A stretch of DNA of 64,000 nt from assembly GCA_964016885.1 (NCBI GenBank), contig OZ024758.1:15004001-15068000 (forward strand), read 5' to 3'. How positions within the stretch are numbered: the stretch's first letter is position 1; each line of letters begins with the position of its first letter. The stretch is from Eledone cirrhosa. Its lineage: Eukaryota. The notes below the pieces were generated by a model. It was not told where the DNA came from, did no database searches, and was given only the letters and a program-made list of their open reading frames with translations. A program made the translations under genes and the position numbers. Of the stretch, positions 53,178 through 64,000 are shown in pieces.

Positions 53178-53346
53178 ATTATATATATATATTATATATA
53201 TATTATATATATATTATATATATATATATATTATATATATATATTATATATATATATATTATATATATATATATTATATATATATATTATATATATATAT
53301 TATATATTATATATATATATTATATATATATATTATATATATATAT

Positions 53347-53378
<32 letters not shown>

Positions 53379-53386
53379 ATATATAT

Positions 53387-53418
<32 letters not shown>

Positions 53419-53439
53419 ATTATATATATATATATATAT

Positions 53440-53471
<32 letters not shown>

Positions 53472-53825
53472 ATTATATATATATATATTATATATATATA
53501 TTATATATATATATTATATATATATATTATATATATATATTATATATATATTATATATATATTATATATATATATATATTATATATATATATTATATATA
53601 TATATATTATATATATATATATTATATATATATATATTATATATATATATTATATATATATATTATATATTATATATATATATTATATATATATATTATA
53701 TATATTATATATATATATTATATATATATTATATATATATATTATATATATATTATATATATATATTATATATATATATATTATATATATATATTATATA
53801 TATATATATTATATATATATATATA
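52846..53825. repeat. About 1 kb (TA)n array with periodic TT interruptions
   Basis: Almost pure A/T. Other (TA)/(CA) arrays at 7450-8050, 30580-31260, 37820-38260, 42940-43300 and 59910-60935. Confidence 0.95.
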
Positions 53826-53939
53826 AATAAATATATAGGATTATCCTGTATGCAGTAATGGTTAATTACTAACCATCTTGGAAACATTTGTAAGCACACA
53901 GAATAAATTACCTTTTTATGATGTCTACCTGTTATTGTT

Positions 53940-54012
<73 letters not shown>

Positions 54013-54667
54013 AAAAACATGAGAAGAAGGAAGAATACTGCGTGGTTGCACATAGGTTACATATGATAAAAAAAGTCCTTCGTCAGTGATTTTCCAACCA
54101 TCATTGGTATTTCATCGCATTATATATATATATATATGGCGGATTGGCAGTATCGGTAGAGGGTCGGACGCCATGCTTTCCAGCATAGTTACGTCCCTTT
54201 ACGATCTGAGTTCAAATCCCGCCGAGGTTGACTTTGCCTTTCATCCTTACGGGGTTGATAAAATAAAGTACCAGTAATGCACTGGATAATTGCTGGCCTT
54301 GTGCCTAAAGTAGAAACAATTATATATATATATAATGTGAAGGCGTGTGGCTGAGTGGTTAGAGAATTGGATTCGCAATCGTAAGGTTGTGAGTTCGATT
54401 CCTAGACCAGGCGATGCGTTATGTCCTTGAGCAAGACACTTTATTTCACGTTGCTCCTTCTACCTGGAGTTGTGACCGATAGATAGTATTAGCAATTGGA
54501 AAGACCAACGGAAACATTGTTCCCTCAGTCCGATTTGACGAAAGTCGATCGTCTCCATATATATATATATATATAACGAAGGAGTTGTGCTAAGGAAGCA
54601 GATGGACCATAATGCACCAGAGTACTCAATACTTAGGGTAGTAGAGTGGGTAATAGGAGAAAGTATG

Positions 54668-54771
54668 ACACCGACGGCAGAGCTCAAGCCGTTTCGACGG
54701 CTATTTCTGGACTAAAGTAAAATTTTTTATTTTAGTCTGGTAAATAAATAGCCGAAATTTTTCAAGGGGTA
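54668..54771 (-). ncRNA. Degenerate hammerhead motif (family H7)
   Basis: ACCCC-TTGAAAA (two core changes)-CGGCTATTT..AAATAGCCG-TC-GAAA-CGGC..GCCG-TC^-GGTGT. Confidence 0.5.
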
Positions 54772-54987
54772 CTTCCTTATATGGGAAGATTGTAGTTGTC
54801 AAGAGGATAGGTCAAAATTTGTAGCAGACACAGAAAAGTCTATTATGGCAGTGGGTGCAGAGTGGGGGTGGCTGAACTTGCCTGTAGAACGATAGGGGAG
54901 TGGGTAGAGCCCGTCAAGCAATGTGTATGAAAGTAGGCCAGAGGAGGTTGGCAAGAGAAGGTTTCTTTATATATATATCATTTCATT

Positions 54988-55326
54988 TCATCATCATCAT
55001 TTTATGTCCACTTTTCCCTGCTTGCAAGGGTGGGACGGGAACTGATTCTGGCTTGATTTCTACAGCTGGATGCCCTTCCTAACACCAACCTCATTTACAG
55101 TGAGTGCTGGGTGCTTTTTTTGCTGTGGCACCTGCACGACCACTTTGCAGTGGAATGATAGGGACCCCATCATCCCTATCATCTCATTTCTACAGCTGAG
55201 TAAACTGGAGCAATGTGAAATAAAGTGTCTTGCTCAAGGAAACAACACATCACCCGGTCTGAGAATTGAACTCACAACCTTTCGATTGCAAGGCCAATGC
55301 TCTAACCACTAAGACATGTGCCTCCA
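54988..55326 (-). mobile_element. SINE B
   Basis: Full copy. Confidence 0.9.
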
Positions 55327-57019
55327 TGTATATATTATATATATTATATATATATTATATATATATATTATATATATATTATATATATATATTATATATA
55401 TATTATATATATATATTATATATACATATGTTGGGTTCTGATCTCATGATCTTAGTAGTCTACAAAGGAGAAAGAACACAATATTTATAACAGTGTAAAT
55501 ATATATAAGTAGATTTATTCATTGTCTTACAGCATAGTTATGATGTTTCAGCAAAGCAGATGTTTCTAAACCCCTATTAACAAAGAGTTGCAAGGCAAAC
55601 ATCTTCACCATTCAGCCATCAGCCATACCTGTGTCCAGTGTTATTAGGAAATCAATAAGATGTTTACTATTAATCATATAATTATATTATTTGTTATAGA
55701 TTAATAATAATTACCATTCACTTTATCGCCATTACCATCACCACCACCATCATCATCACCACCACCACCACCATCATCATCATCACCATAACCATCATCA
55801 TTATCATTACGTCATCATCATTATATCATCACCACCACCGCCACCACCACCGCCACCACCATCATCATGATCATTATCATCTTCACTATCACCATAATCA
55901 TCATCACCATCCCCACCACCACCACTACGATTGTCATCACCACCACCACCACCACCACCACCCCACCACCGCCATTGTCATCACCACCACCACCACCACC
56001 CCACCACCGCCATTGTCATCACCACCACCACCACCACCACCAACACCACCACCACCATCACCATCATCACCACCATTGTCATCACCACCATCACCATCCC
56101 ACCACCACCACCACCACCATTGTCATCACCACCACCACCATCACCATCATCACCACCATTGTCACCACCACCACCATTGTCACCACCACCACCACCACCC
56201 ACACCACCATCACCACCACCACCACCACCACCATCACCATCACCACCACCACCACCCACACCACCACCACCATCATCATCACCACCATTGTCACCACCAC
56301 CACCACCACCACCACCCACACCACCACCACCACCACCACCACCACCATCACCACCACCACCATCACCACCATCACCACCACCACCACCACCACCCACACC
56401 ACCACCACCATCATCATCACCACCATTGTCACCACCACCACCACCACCACCCACACCACCACCATCACCACCACCACCATCACCACCACCACTACCACCA
56501 CCCACACCACCATCACCACTACCACCACCACCACCATCACCACCTCCACCATCACCACCACCACCACCACCACCATCACCACCACCACCATCACCACCAC
56601 CACCACCACCACCCACACCACCACCACCACCACCACCACCATCACCACCACCACCACCACCACCACCCACACCACCATCACCACTACCACCACCACCACC
56701 ATCACCACCACCACCATCACCACCACCACCACCACCACCATCACCACCACCACCACCACCACCCACACCACCATCACCACTACCACCACCACCACCATCA
56801 TCACCACCACCACCACCACCCACACCACCACCACCATCATCATCACCACCATTGTCACCACCACCACCACCATCACCACCACCACCACCATCACCACCAC
56901 CACCATCACCACCATCATCATCATCGTCATGTTCTGTCCCTTCATCACAATGTTAGCAATAATTATGGTGTCATTTATTATCTTTAGTATTAAAATAATA
57001 TAATCACTGCTCTTTATTG

Positions 57020-57021
57020 TC

Positions 57022-57057
<36 letters not shown>

Positions 57058-57133
57058 AGCAGCAACAACAACAGCTACAACAACAGCAACAACAACAGCT
57101 ACAACAACAACAACAACAGCTACAACAACAGCT

Positions 57134-57165
<32 letters not shown>

Positions 57166-57270
57166 AGCAGCAACAACAACAGCTACAACAACAGCAACAA
57201 CAACAGCTACAACAACAACAACAACAGCTACAACAACAACAGCTACTGCAACACCAGCAACACCACCACC

Positions 57271-57304
<34 letters not shown>

Positions 57305-57650
57305 GCAGCAGCAGCAACAAGAACAACAGTAACAACAGCTACTACAACAACAGCAACAACAACAACAGCAACAGCTACTACAAAAACAGCAACAGCTACT
57401 ACAACAACAGCAACAACAACAGCAGCAGCAGCAACAAGAACAACAGTAACAACAGCTACTACAACAACAGCAACAACAACAACAACAGCAACAGCTACTA
57501 CAAAAACAGCAACAGCTACTACAACAACAGCAACAACAACAGCAGCAGCAGCAGCAGCAACAAGAACAACAGTAACAACAGCTACTACAACAACAGCAAC
57601 AGCTACTACAACAACAGCAACAACAACAGCAGCAGCAGCTACTACAACAA

Positions 57651-57682
<32 letters not shown>

Positions 57683-57872
57683 ACAACAACAACAGTAACA
57701 ACAACAGCAACAACAACAACAGCAACAGCTACTACAACACCACCAACACCACCAGCAACACCACCAGCAACACCACCACCACCACCACCAACAACACCAC
57801 CACCACCAACAACAACACCAGCAACACCACCACCACCACCAACAACAACAACAGCAACAACAACAGCAACAA
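57020..57872. repeat. (AAC/AGC)n compound microsatellite
   Basis: Direct reading. Confidence 0.95.
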
Positions 57873-58069
57873 TGTAAACCGTGTTACAACAGTCATGTAT
57901 TCCAGTGTAGAAAGCCAGGTTTATTTAAGAATTTTATGGAATTACAATTTTCACTGATGACCAAAATGAGATAATCACAGTAAATTGTACATCAAATAGA
58001 TGTTAGATGTGAATTCTTTGATGCTGGTCATTATATAGGACTTCTTTGAGAATATAGAATATAAAGCAG

Positions 58070-59410
58070 TAGTGTTTGTGCCATGATAAAATGCACCCAA
58101 TGTCACTGTAAAGTGCTTGATGTCATGTTAAAATGCACCCAGAACACTCTATAAAGTGGTAGTGTTTATGCCATGATAAATGCACCTAAACAGTCTATAA
58201 AATGGTTGCATTGGTGCCGTGATAAAATGCACCCAATGTACACTGTAAAGTGCTTGATGTCATGTTAAAATGCACCCAGAACACTCTATAAGGTGGTAGT
58301 GTTTATGCCATCATAAAATGAACTTAGAGCACTCTATAAAATGTTGCATTGGTGTCATGATAAAATGCATCCAATGTACACTGTAAAGTGCTTGGTGTCA
58401 TGTTAAAATGCATGCAGTATACACTATAAATGCACCCAGTACACTCTGTAAAGCAGTCTGTTGGTGTCATGATAAAATGCACCTATAACACTCTGTAAAG
58501 CAGTAGTGTTGGTGTCATGATAAAATGTACCTATAACACTCTGTAAAGCAGTAGTGTTGGTGTCATGATAAAATGCACCTATAACACTCTGTAAAGCAGT
58601 AGTGTTGGTGCCATGATAAAATACACCCAGTACATTCTGAAAAGCAGTAGTGTTGGTGTCATGATAAAGTGCACCCAGAACTCTCTGTAAAGCAGTAGTG
58701 CTGGTGTCCTGAAAAAATGCACGCAGTTTACTCTGTAAAGCCGTAGTGTTGGTGTCATGTTAAAATGCACCTAGAACACTCTATAAAATGGTAGTGCTCG
58801 TGTCATGATAAGATGCACCCAGTATACAGTGTAAAGTGCTTTGTGTTGTACGAAATGCACTCTGTAAAGTGATAATGTTGGTGTCATGATAAAATGCACT
58901 TATTACATCGGCAACTAAATGGAATCAATACACGGTAGAGAACAAGCACTCTTTAGTCTCGTTGAATACATAACAACCTCTTTTGTACTTGTACCATGAT
59001 AAAATACACCCAGTACACCCTGTAAAGAGGTAGTGCTGGTGTCATGATAAAATACATCCAGTACACTCTGCAACGTAGTAGTGCTGGTGCCATGATAAAA
59101 TACACCCAGTACACTCTGTAAAGAGGTAGTGCCGGTGTCATGATAAAATACACCCAGTACACTCTGTAAAGTAGTAGTGCTAGTGCCATGATAAAATACA
59201 CCCAGTACACTCTGTAAAGTAGTAGTGCTGGTGCCATAAAATACACCCAATACACTCTGTAAAGTAGTAGTGCTGATGCCATGATAAAATACACTCAATA
59301 CACCACGTAAAGAGGTAGCGTTGGTGCCATGATAAAATACACTCAATACATTCTGTAAAGATGTAGTACTAGTGCCTAGCACTAAAATACACCCAATACA
59401 CTCTGTAAAG
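58070..59410 (-). repeat. Same 48-bp minisatellite family, two blocks, reverse orientation
   Basis: CATGATAAAAT(A/G)CACCCAGTACACTCTGTAAAG units; unique gap at about 58900-58990. Confidence 0.9.
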
Positions 59411-59699
59411 TTGTTTGCATCAACAAGGAATCCAGTTAAAGTATGGAATAGATGAGCAACAGAGTACTTCATAAGAATTATGGTAATGAAAGGGTTGAAA
59501 GTATGATATCATCATTTAGGGACCATATTTCATTAAAAACCAATTCTGATAGATGTACAGAAAATAATTTTTTTTTTTAAATAGACAATGAACAAATTAA
59601 TTACAGCAATAAAGAAACTGCAGTGAGAGGTTTTATTTAATTTGTCTTCAACACTCTACAGATGGAAGAACTAAATCAATGTGAAGAATGGGAAAATAA

Positions 59700-59860
59700 A
59701 AAGAAAATGTTAGAATTCTATCAGCCATCAACAAGAAGCCATTCACAGAAGAACCTCAACAGGTTTCTTCACAGGATTATCACAGACTGGAATTCGTTAC
59801 CAAAGTGAAGCTGTCATCTTGAAGATAACCAAGCAATTTGAAAATGGACTCAATCAATAT
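59700..59860 (+). pseudogene. Decayed CR1/L2-type LINE C-terminal fragment
   Basis: Translates as RFLHRIITDWNSLP, the WNxLP motif of CR1-group C-termini. Confidence 0.45.
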
Positions 59861-59932
59861 TATGTTGATGATCTATGCTTTCCAACACATTGGCAAGGCT
59901 TTTTTGGCATGTATGTATGTGCGTGTGTAAGG

Positions 59933-59980
<48 letters not shown>

Positions 59981-61011
59981 CTGTAAGTGTATCTGTGTGT
60001 GTGTGTATGTGTGTGTGTGTAAATGTGTATATGTGTGTGTTTCATTATATGTCAAGTCGACACATTGGAAGGGCTTTTCGGGTGTGTGTGTGGGGGGGGG
60101 GTATGTAAATGTATGTGTGTGTATGTATGTGTGTGTGTGTAAATGTGTGTGTGTGTGTTTTTCATTATACATCAAGTCAGCACAGTAACGGCTTTTTTGG
60201 TGTAAGTGAATGTGTGCACATGTGTGTGTGTATGTGAGTGAGCATGCGTGAGTGTGTGTGTATGCGTGTGTGTATGCGTGTGTGTATGTGTATGTGTGTG
60301 TGCATGTGTATGTGTGTGTGTGTGTGTATGTGTGTATGTGTGTGTATATGTGTATGTGTATGTGTGTGTGCATGTGTATGTGTGTGTGTATGTATGTGTG
60401 TGTGTGTATGTATGTGTATGTGTGTGTGTGTATGTGTATGTGTGCATGTGTATGTGTGTGTGTGTGTGTGTGTATGTGTGTGTGTATGTGTGTGTATGTG
60501 TGTGTATGTGTATGTGTGTATGTGTATGTGTGCATGTGTATGTGTGTGTGTGTATGTGTGTATGTGTGTGTATGTGTATGTGTGTGTGTGTGTGTGTGTA
60601 TGTGTGTATGTGTGTGTATGCGTGTGTGTACGTGTATGTGTGTGTATGTGTGTATGTGTATGTGTGTGTGTGTGCATGTTTTTCATTATATATCAAGTCA
60701 GCATTTGCAGGGTTTACCTCTCAGTCATATAAAACAAATAAACACACAAACACACATACAAACACACACACATACAAACACACACTCATACAAACACACA
60801 CACAAACAGACGCACAAACAGACAAACACACACACACACAAACAAACACACACACAAACACACACACAAACAGACAAACACACACACACACAAACAAACA
60901 CACAAACAAACAGGCAAACACACACAGAGACACACAATGAAATGTGTCTTCTAACCATCTCATTCCCCGTGACAGAACAACTGTTGTAATAAATGTTGAC
61001 ATTTTATTTTG

Positions 61012-61753
61012 ACCATGTAGTGGAGGTAAAGAGGAAAGTTAGATCTTAAGGTGAACCTAGAAGCTACTCTATCACCATGTAGTGGTGGTAAAGAGGAAAG
61101 TTAGATCTTAAGGTGAACCTAGAAGCTACTCTATCACCATGTAGTGGAGGTAAAGAGGAAAGTTAGATCTTGAGGTGGACCTAGAAGCTATTCTATCACC
61201 ATGTAGTGGAGGTAAAGAGGTAAGTTAGATCTTAAGGTGAACCTAAAAGCTATTCTATCACCATGTAGTGGAGGTAAAGAGGAAAGTTAGATCTTGAGGT
61301 GAACCTAGAAGCTATTCTATCACCATGTAGTGGTGGTAAAGAGGAAAATTAGATCTTGAGGTGGACCTAGAAGCTATTCTATCACCATGTAGTGGTGGTA
61401 AAGAGGAAAGTTAGATCTTAACCCTTTAGCATTTACATTGTTCTATATATACTATTATATTTACTATTGTATTGTCACAGTAAAGGCTTTACCTCACATA
61501 ATATCTCACATAACATTTACATTACTCTATATATACTATTGTATTTTCACAGTAAAGGCTTTACCTCACATAATATCTCACATAATATCATATCTATGAG
61601 ATTTTGATATTATTTATTTCAAGAACAATATGTTAACATCAGTATGAGAGGCCACTTACAGCCGGTTTGAATAGAAAGAGGTGAGGGAATTCTGGCCGGA
61701 TATGGCCGGTTTAACTGCTAATGGGTTAAGGTAAACCTAGAAGCTATTCTATC
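61012..61753. repeat. 62-bp minisatellite (7 units, last one split by a MITE)
   Basis: ACCATGTAG every 62 bp from 61012. Confidence 0.95.
61418..61729. mobile_element. piggyBac-type MITE inserted in the TTAA of the last 62-bp repeat unit
   Basis: The unit reads GATCTTAAGGTGAACC; here GATCTTAA[MITE]TTAAGGTAAACC. Confidence 0.9.
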
Positions 61754-61772
61754 CTCCTCCTTGCCCCACCTC

Positions 61773-61804
<32 letters not shown>

Positions 61805-61853
61805 AAACATCATTATTGTCGCTATCATCATCATCATCATCATTATTGTCACT

Positions 61854-61891
<38 letters not shown>

Positions 61892-62767
61892 TATTGTCAC
61901 CATCGTCACCATCAACATCATGGCATCGCCATCATCATCGTCATCACCATTAACATCATGTCATCATCATCATCATCATAATTGTCATCAACTTCATCAT
62001 TATAACCACCACCATCATCATTAATCATCATCATCTTGTCATTCCATGAGAGTATCTTGGTCAGCCTATGAACTTTTCTGAAAAAGAAAAAAATGGGATT
62101 AAAAGATGGGTTAAAATGGATGCTTTTGAACAGAGACCTATTTGATCAGAGTTGACCTGTGATCAAACAACTGAAACATCAACAGCAATAACTAAATTTT
62201 GACCTCATCTTGTAGAGAGCTCACCTTTTAGTATATGGCATTTCTTACAATGTTCAAGTGTGACTTGAATTATTATGGCTAGAGTATTTATGTTCAGATT
62301 GCATGAAACAAATCTTTAACTATTTCAGAAAGCTGTTATGTTGTTAGATATAAATTTATCTTTCTTAAGAATAGCCTGATGATCGTTTGCACAATGGCGC
62401 CCAGCGCATATTTTAAAGTATGTTAACCCATTAGCATTTAAACCAGCTATATCCGGCCAATACTTTCTCTCATCTTTTTCTGTTCAAACTGGCTCTAGCC
62501 AGTTGCTCGTACTTATGTTAAGGTTATTGTTCTCAAAATCTCATAGATTGTCAATTTGAGAATTGCTACCGATGAATACGAGAAAGTTCTCCAGGAAAGT
62601 TAACCAGGAATCTTTAAAAATCTCTCCACTCGAGTTAACAAAGAACTTACTAGATCTACAAAACCAAATTGTAAAATCATAATATTATAAAATTAAATCA
62701 AATTGTTTAGAACTGAGCACTGTACACAATAATTTCATTATTATCATTACAAAAGTCATCCGTTTCC

Positions 62768-62818
<51 letters not shown>

Positions 62819-62821
<3 letters not shown>

Positions 62822-63153
62822 TTAGTGGTTAGAGCATTGGCCTTGCAATCGAAAGGTTGAGTTCAATTCTTAGACCGGGTGATGTGTTGTTTCCTTGAGC
62901 AAGACACTATATTTCACATTGCTCCAGTTTACTCAGCTGTAGAAATGAGATGATAGGGACTGGGGTCCATATCACTCCACTGCAAAGTGGTCGTGGAGGT
63001 GCCACGGCAAAAAAGCACCCAACACTCACTGTAAATGAGGTTGGTGTTAGGAAGGGCATCCAGCTGTAGAAATATAGCCAGAATCAGTTCCTGTCCCACC
63101 CTTGCAAGCAGGGAAAAAGCGGACGTAAAATGAAATGATGATGATGATGATGA
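62819..63153 (+). mobile_element. SINE B
   Basis: Near full copy within (TA)n. Confidence 0.9.
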
Positions 63154-63176
63154 TATATATATATATATATATATAA

Positions 63177-63680
63177 GAGGTGAGTTTTATAGTAGAACAA
63201 TAAATAATTAGTATACTTAATTTCTATATATGTAATCATAAACATCGTTACTCATAAACCTCATCAATTTTTGATTTTTGATTTTTTAATTTTATTTATA
63301 AATCTACAACCGTTTTTTTTCAGTTATTGTTCAGTGGAGACAGCGTTTCTAAGTTTAAAGGTTTATATCTCTCTCTCTCCTCTCTCTTTCTCTCTCCTCC
63401 CATCCTTCTTATACTCTTCCTCCGTTATCCCTCCCTTTTTTTCTCCTTTCTTCCTCTTCCTTCCTTTTTTCCTTTTTTTTCCAATCTTTTATATCCATTT
63501 AAATTTATTTATCATATGTTTATTAGACACTGCCTTGTTAACAAGCATTTTCTAAGCATCATATCATGCCTCCCTATTTTATCTGATGAGAACGCAAATA
63601 TCAACCCAGGATGATATTTGTTTTTGAAATGCGCATAATAAAATACATGGAACTTTTTTAACCATCTTTTAATTTCATCT

Positions 63681-63682
<2 letters not shown>
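63177..63682 (+). mobile_element. Short non-coding hammerhead-bearing element (H2 family)
   Basis: Colinear with 6105-6530, with about 90 bp extra near the 5' end; (TA)n flanks. Confidence 0.8.
63575..63645 (+). ncRNA. Minimal type I hammerhead ribozyme (family H2)
   Basis: CTGATGA at 63583, GAAA-TGCGCA-TA at 63626-63637, stem I TATTTTAT/ATAAAATA. Confidence 0.88.
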
Positions 63683-63718
<36 letters not shown>

Positions 63719-63830
63719 TTATATATATATATAATCTAACCCATGCTAGCATGGAAGAACGGACGTAAAACGGTGATGATGATTATATATATATATATAT
63801 ATAATTTCAAATATTTCACTATGTTTTAAA

Positions 63831-63904
63831 TTGCCTTGTCTGATGAACAAATGCGGACATTTCTTGTATCCGTCATATTCGGGAAACCTCTGGTAATGAG
63901 GTAA
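63831..63904 (+). ncRNA. Type I hammerhead ribozyme (H3-related)
   Basis: TTGCCTTGT-CTGATGA-imperfect stem II (GCGGA/TCCGT)-GAAA-CC TCT GG-TA^-ATGAGGTAA; downstream 63919-63963 is homologous to 42211-42256 (minus). Confidence 0.75.
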
Positions 63905-64000
63905 TTATATTGTAACTTACATAGAGCACTTTTCATTCCTCTGACTTTTTCAACGGAAACTTCAACACACACATATATTTATATATATATATATATATAT

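Noticed and set aside
54076-54090. Other CTGANGA hits (1286, 6584, 49276, 54080, 57954, 62377)
   Set aside because: No stem II followed by GAAA and UH could be folded.
55867-57877. Long poly-Pro/His/Thr/Gly ORFs (extensin- or mucin-like)
   Set aside because: Open in nearly all frames because (CAC)n/(AAC)n lack stops; no unique coding flanks or splice support. The same applies to 1311-4110 and 43624-44698.
62562-62612. Hammerhead-like CCGATGA..GAAA-GTTAAC
   Set aside because: Two core deviations and a poor stem I; too weak to call.

Overview
AT-rich animal DNA made almost entirely of repeats. The SINE and microsatellite repertoire suggests an octopod cephalopod (inference). No host protein-coding exon could be supported, and nearly all ORFs in the track are translations of microsatellites. 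The real coding content is two intact, divergently oriented RTE-clade LINEs (APE endonuclease + RT; 17489-21034 minus, 23426-26545 plus) and several decayed RTE fragments. Around them are many tRNA-derived SINEs (at least three body types), piggyBac-type TTAA MITEs, hAT-Charlie MITEs and many mini/microsatellites. The main result of the hunt is a hidden layer of short non-coding elements carrying minimal type I hammerhead ribozymes: 8 motifs with intact core and stems plus about 5 weaker or degenerate ones, in several families. Several sit inside fold-back inverted repeats as in Penelope-like elements, yet no Penelope ORF is present. Other notable items: a 651-bp-arm palindrome, repeated 'target-SINE-target-SINE' stutter insertions, minisatellites born from SINE/LINE pieces (including arrays of Pol III heads), and a bipartite non-autonomous RTE derivative.
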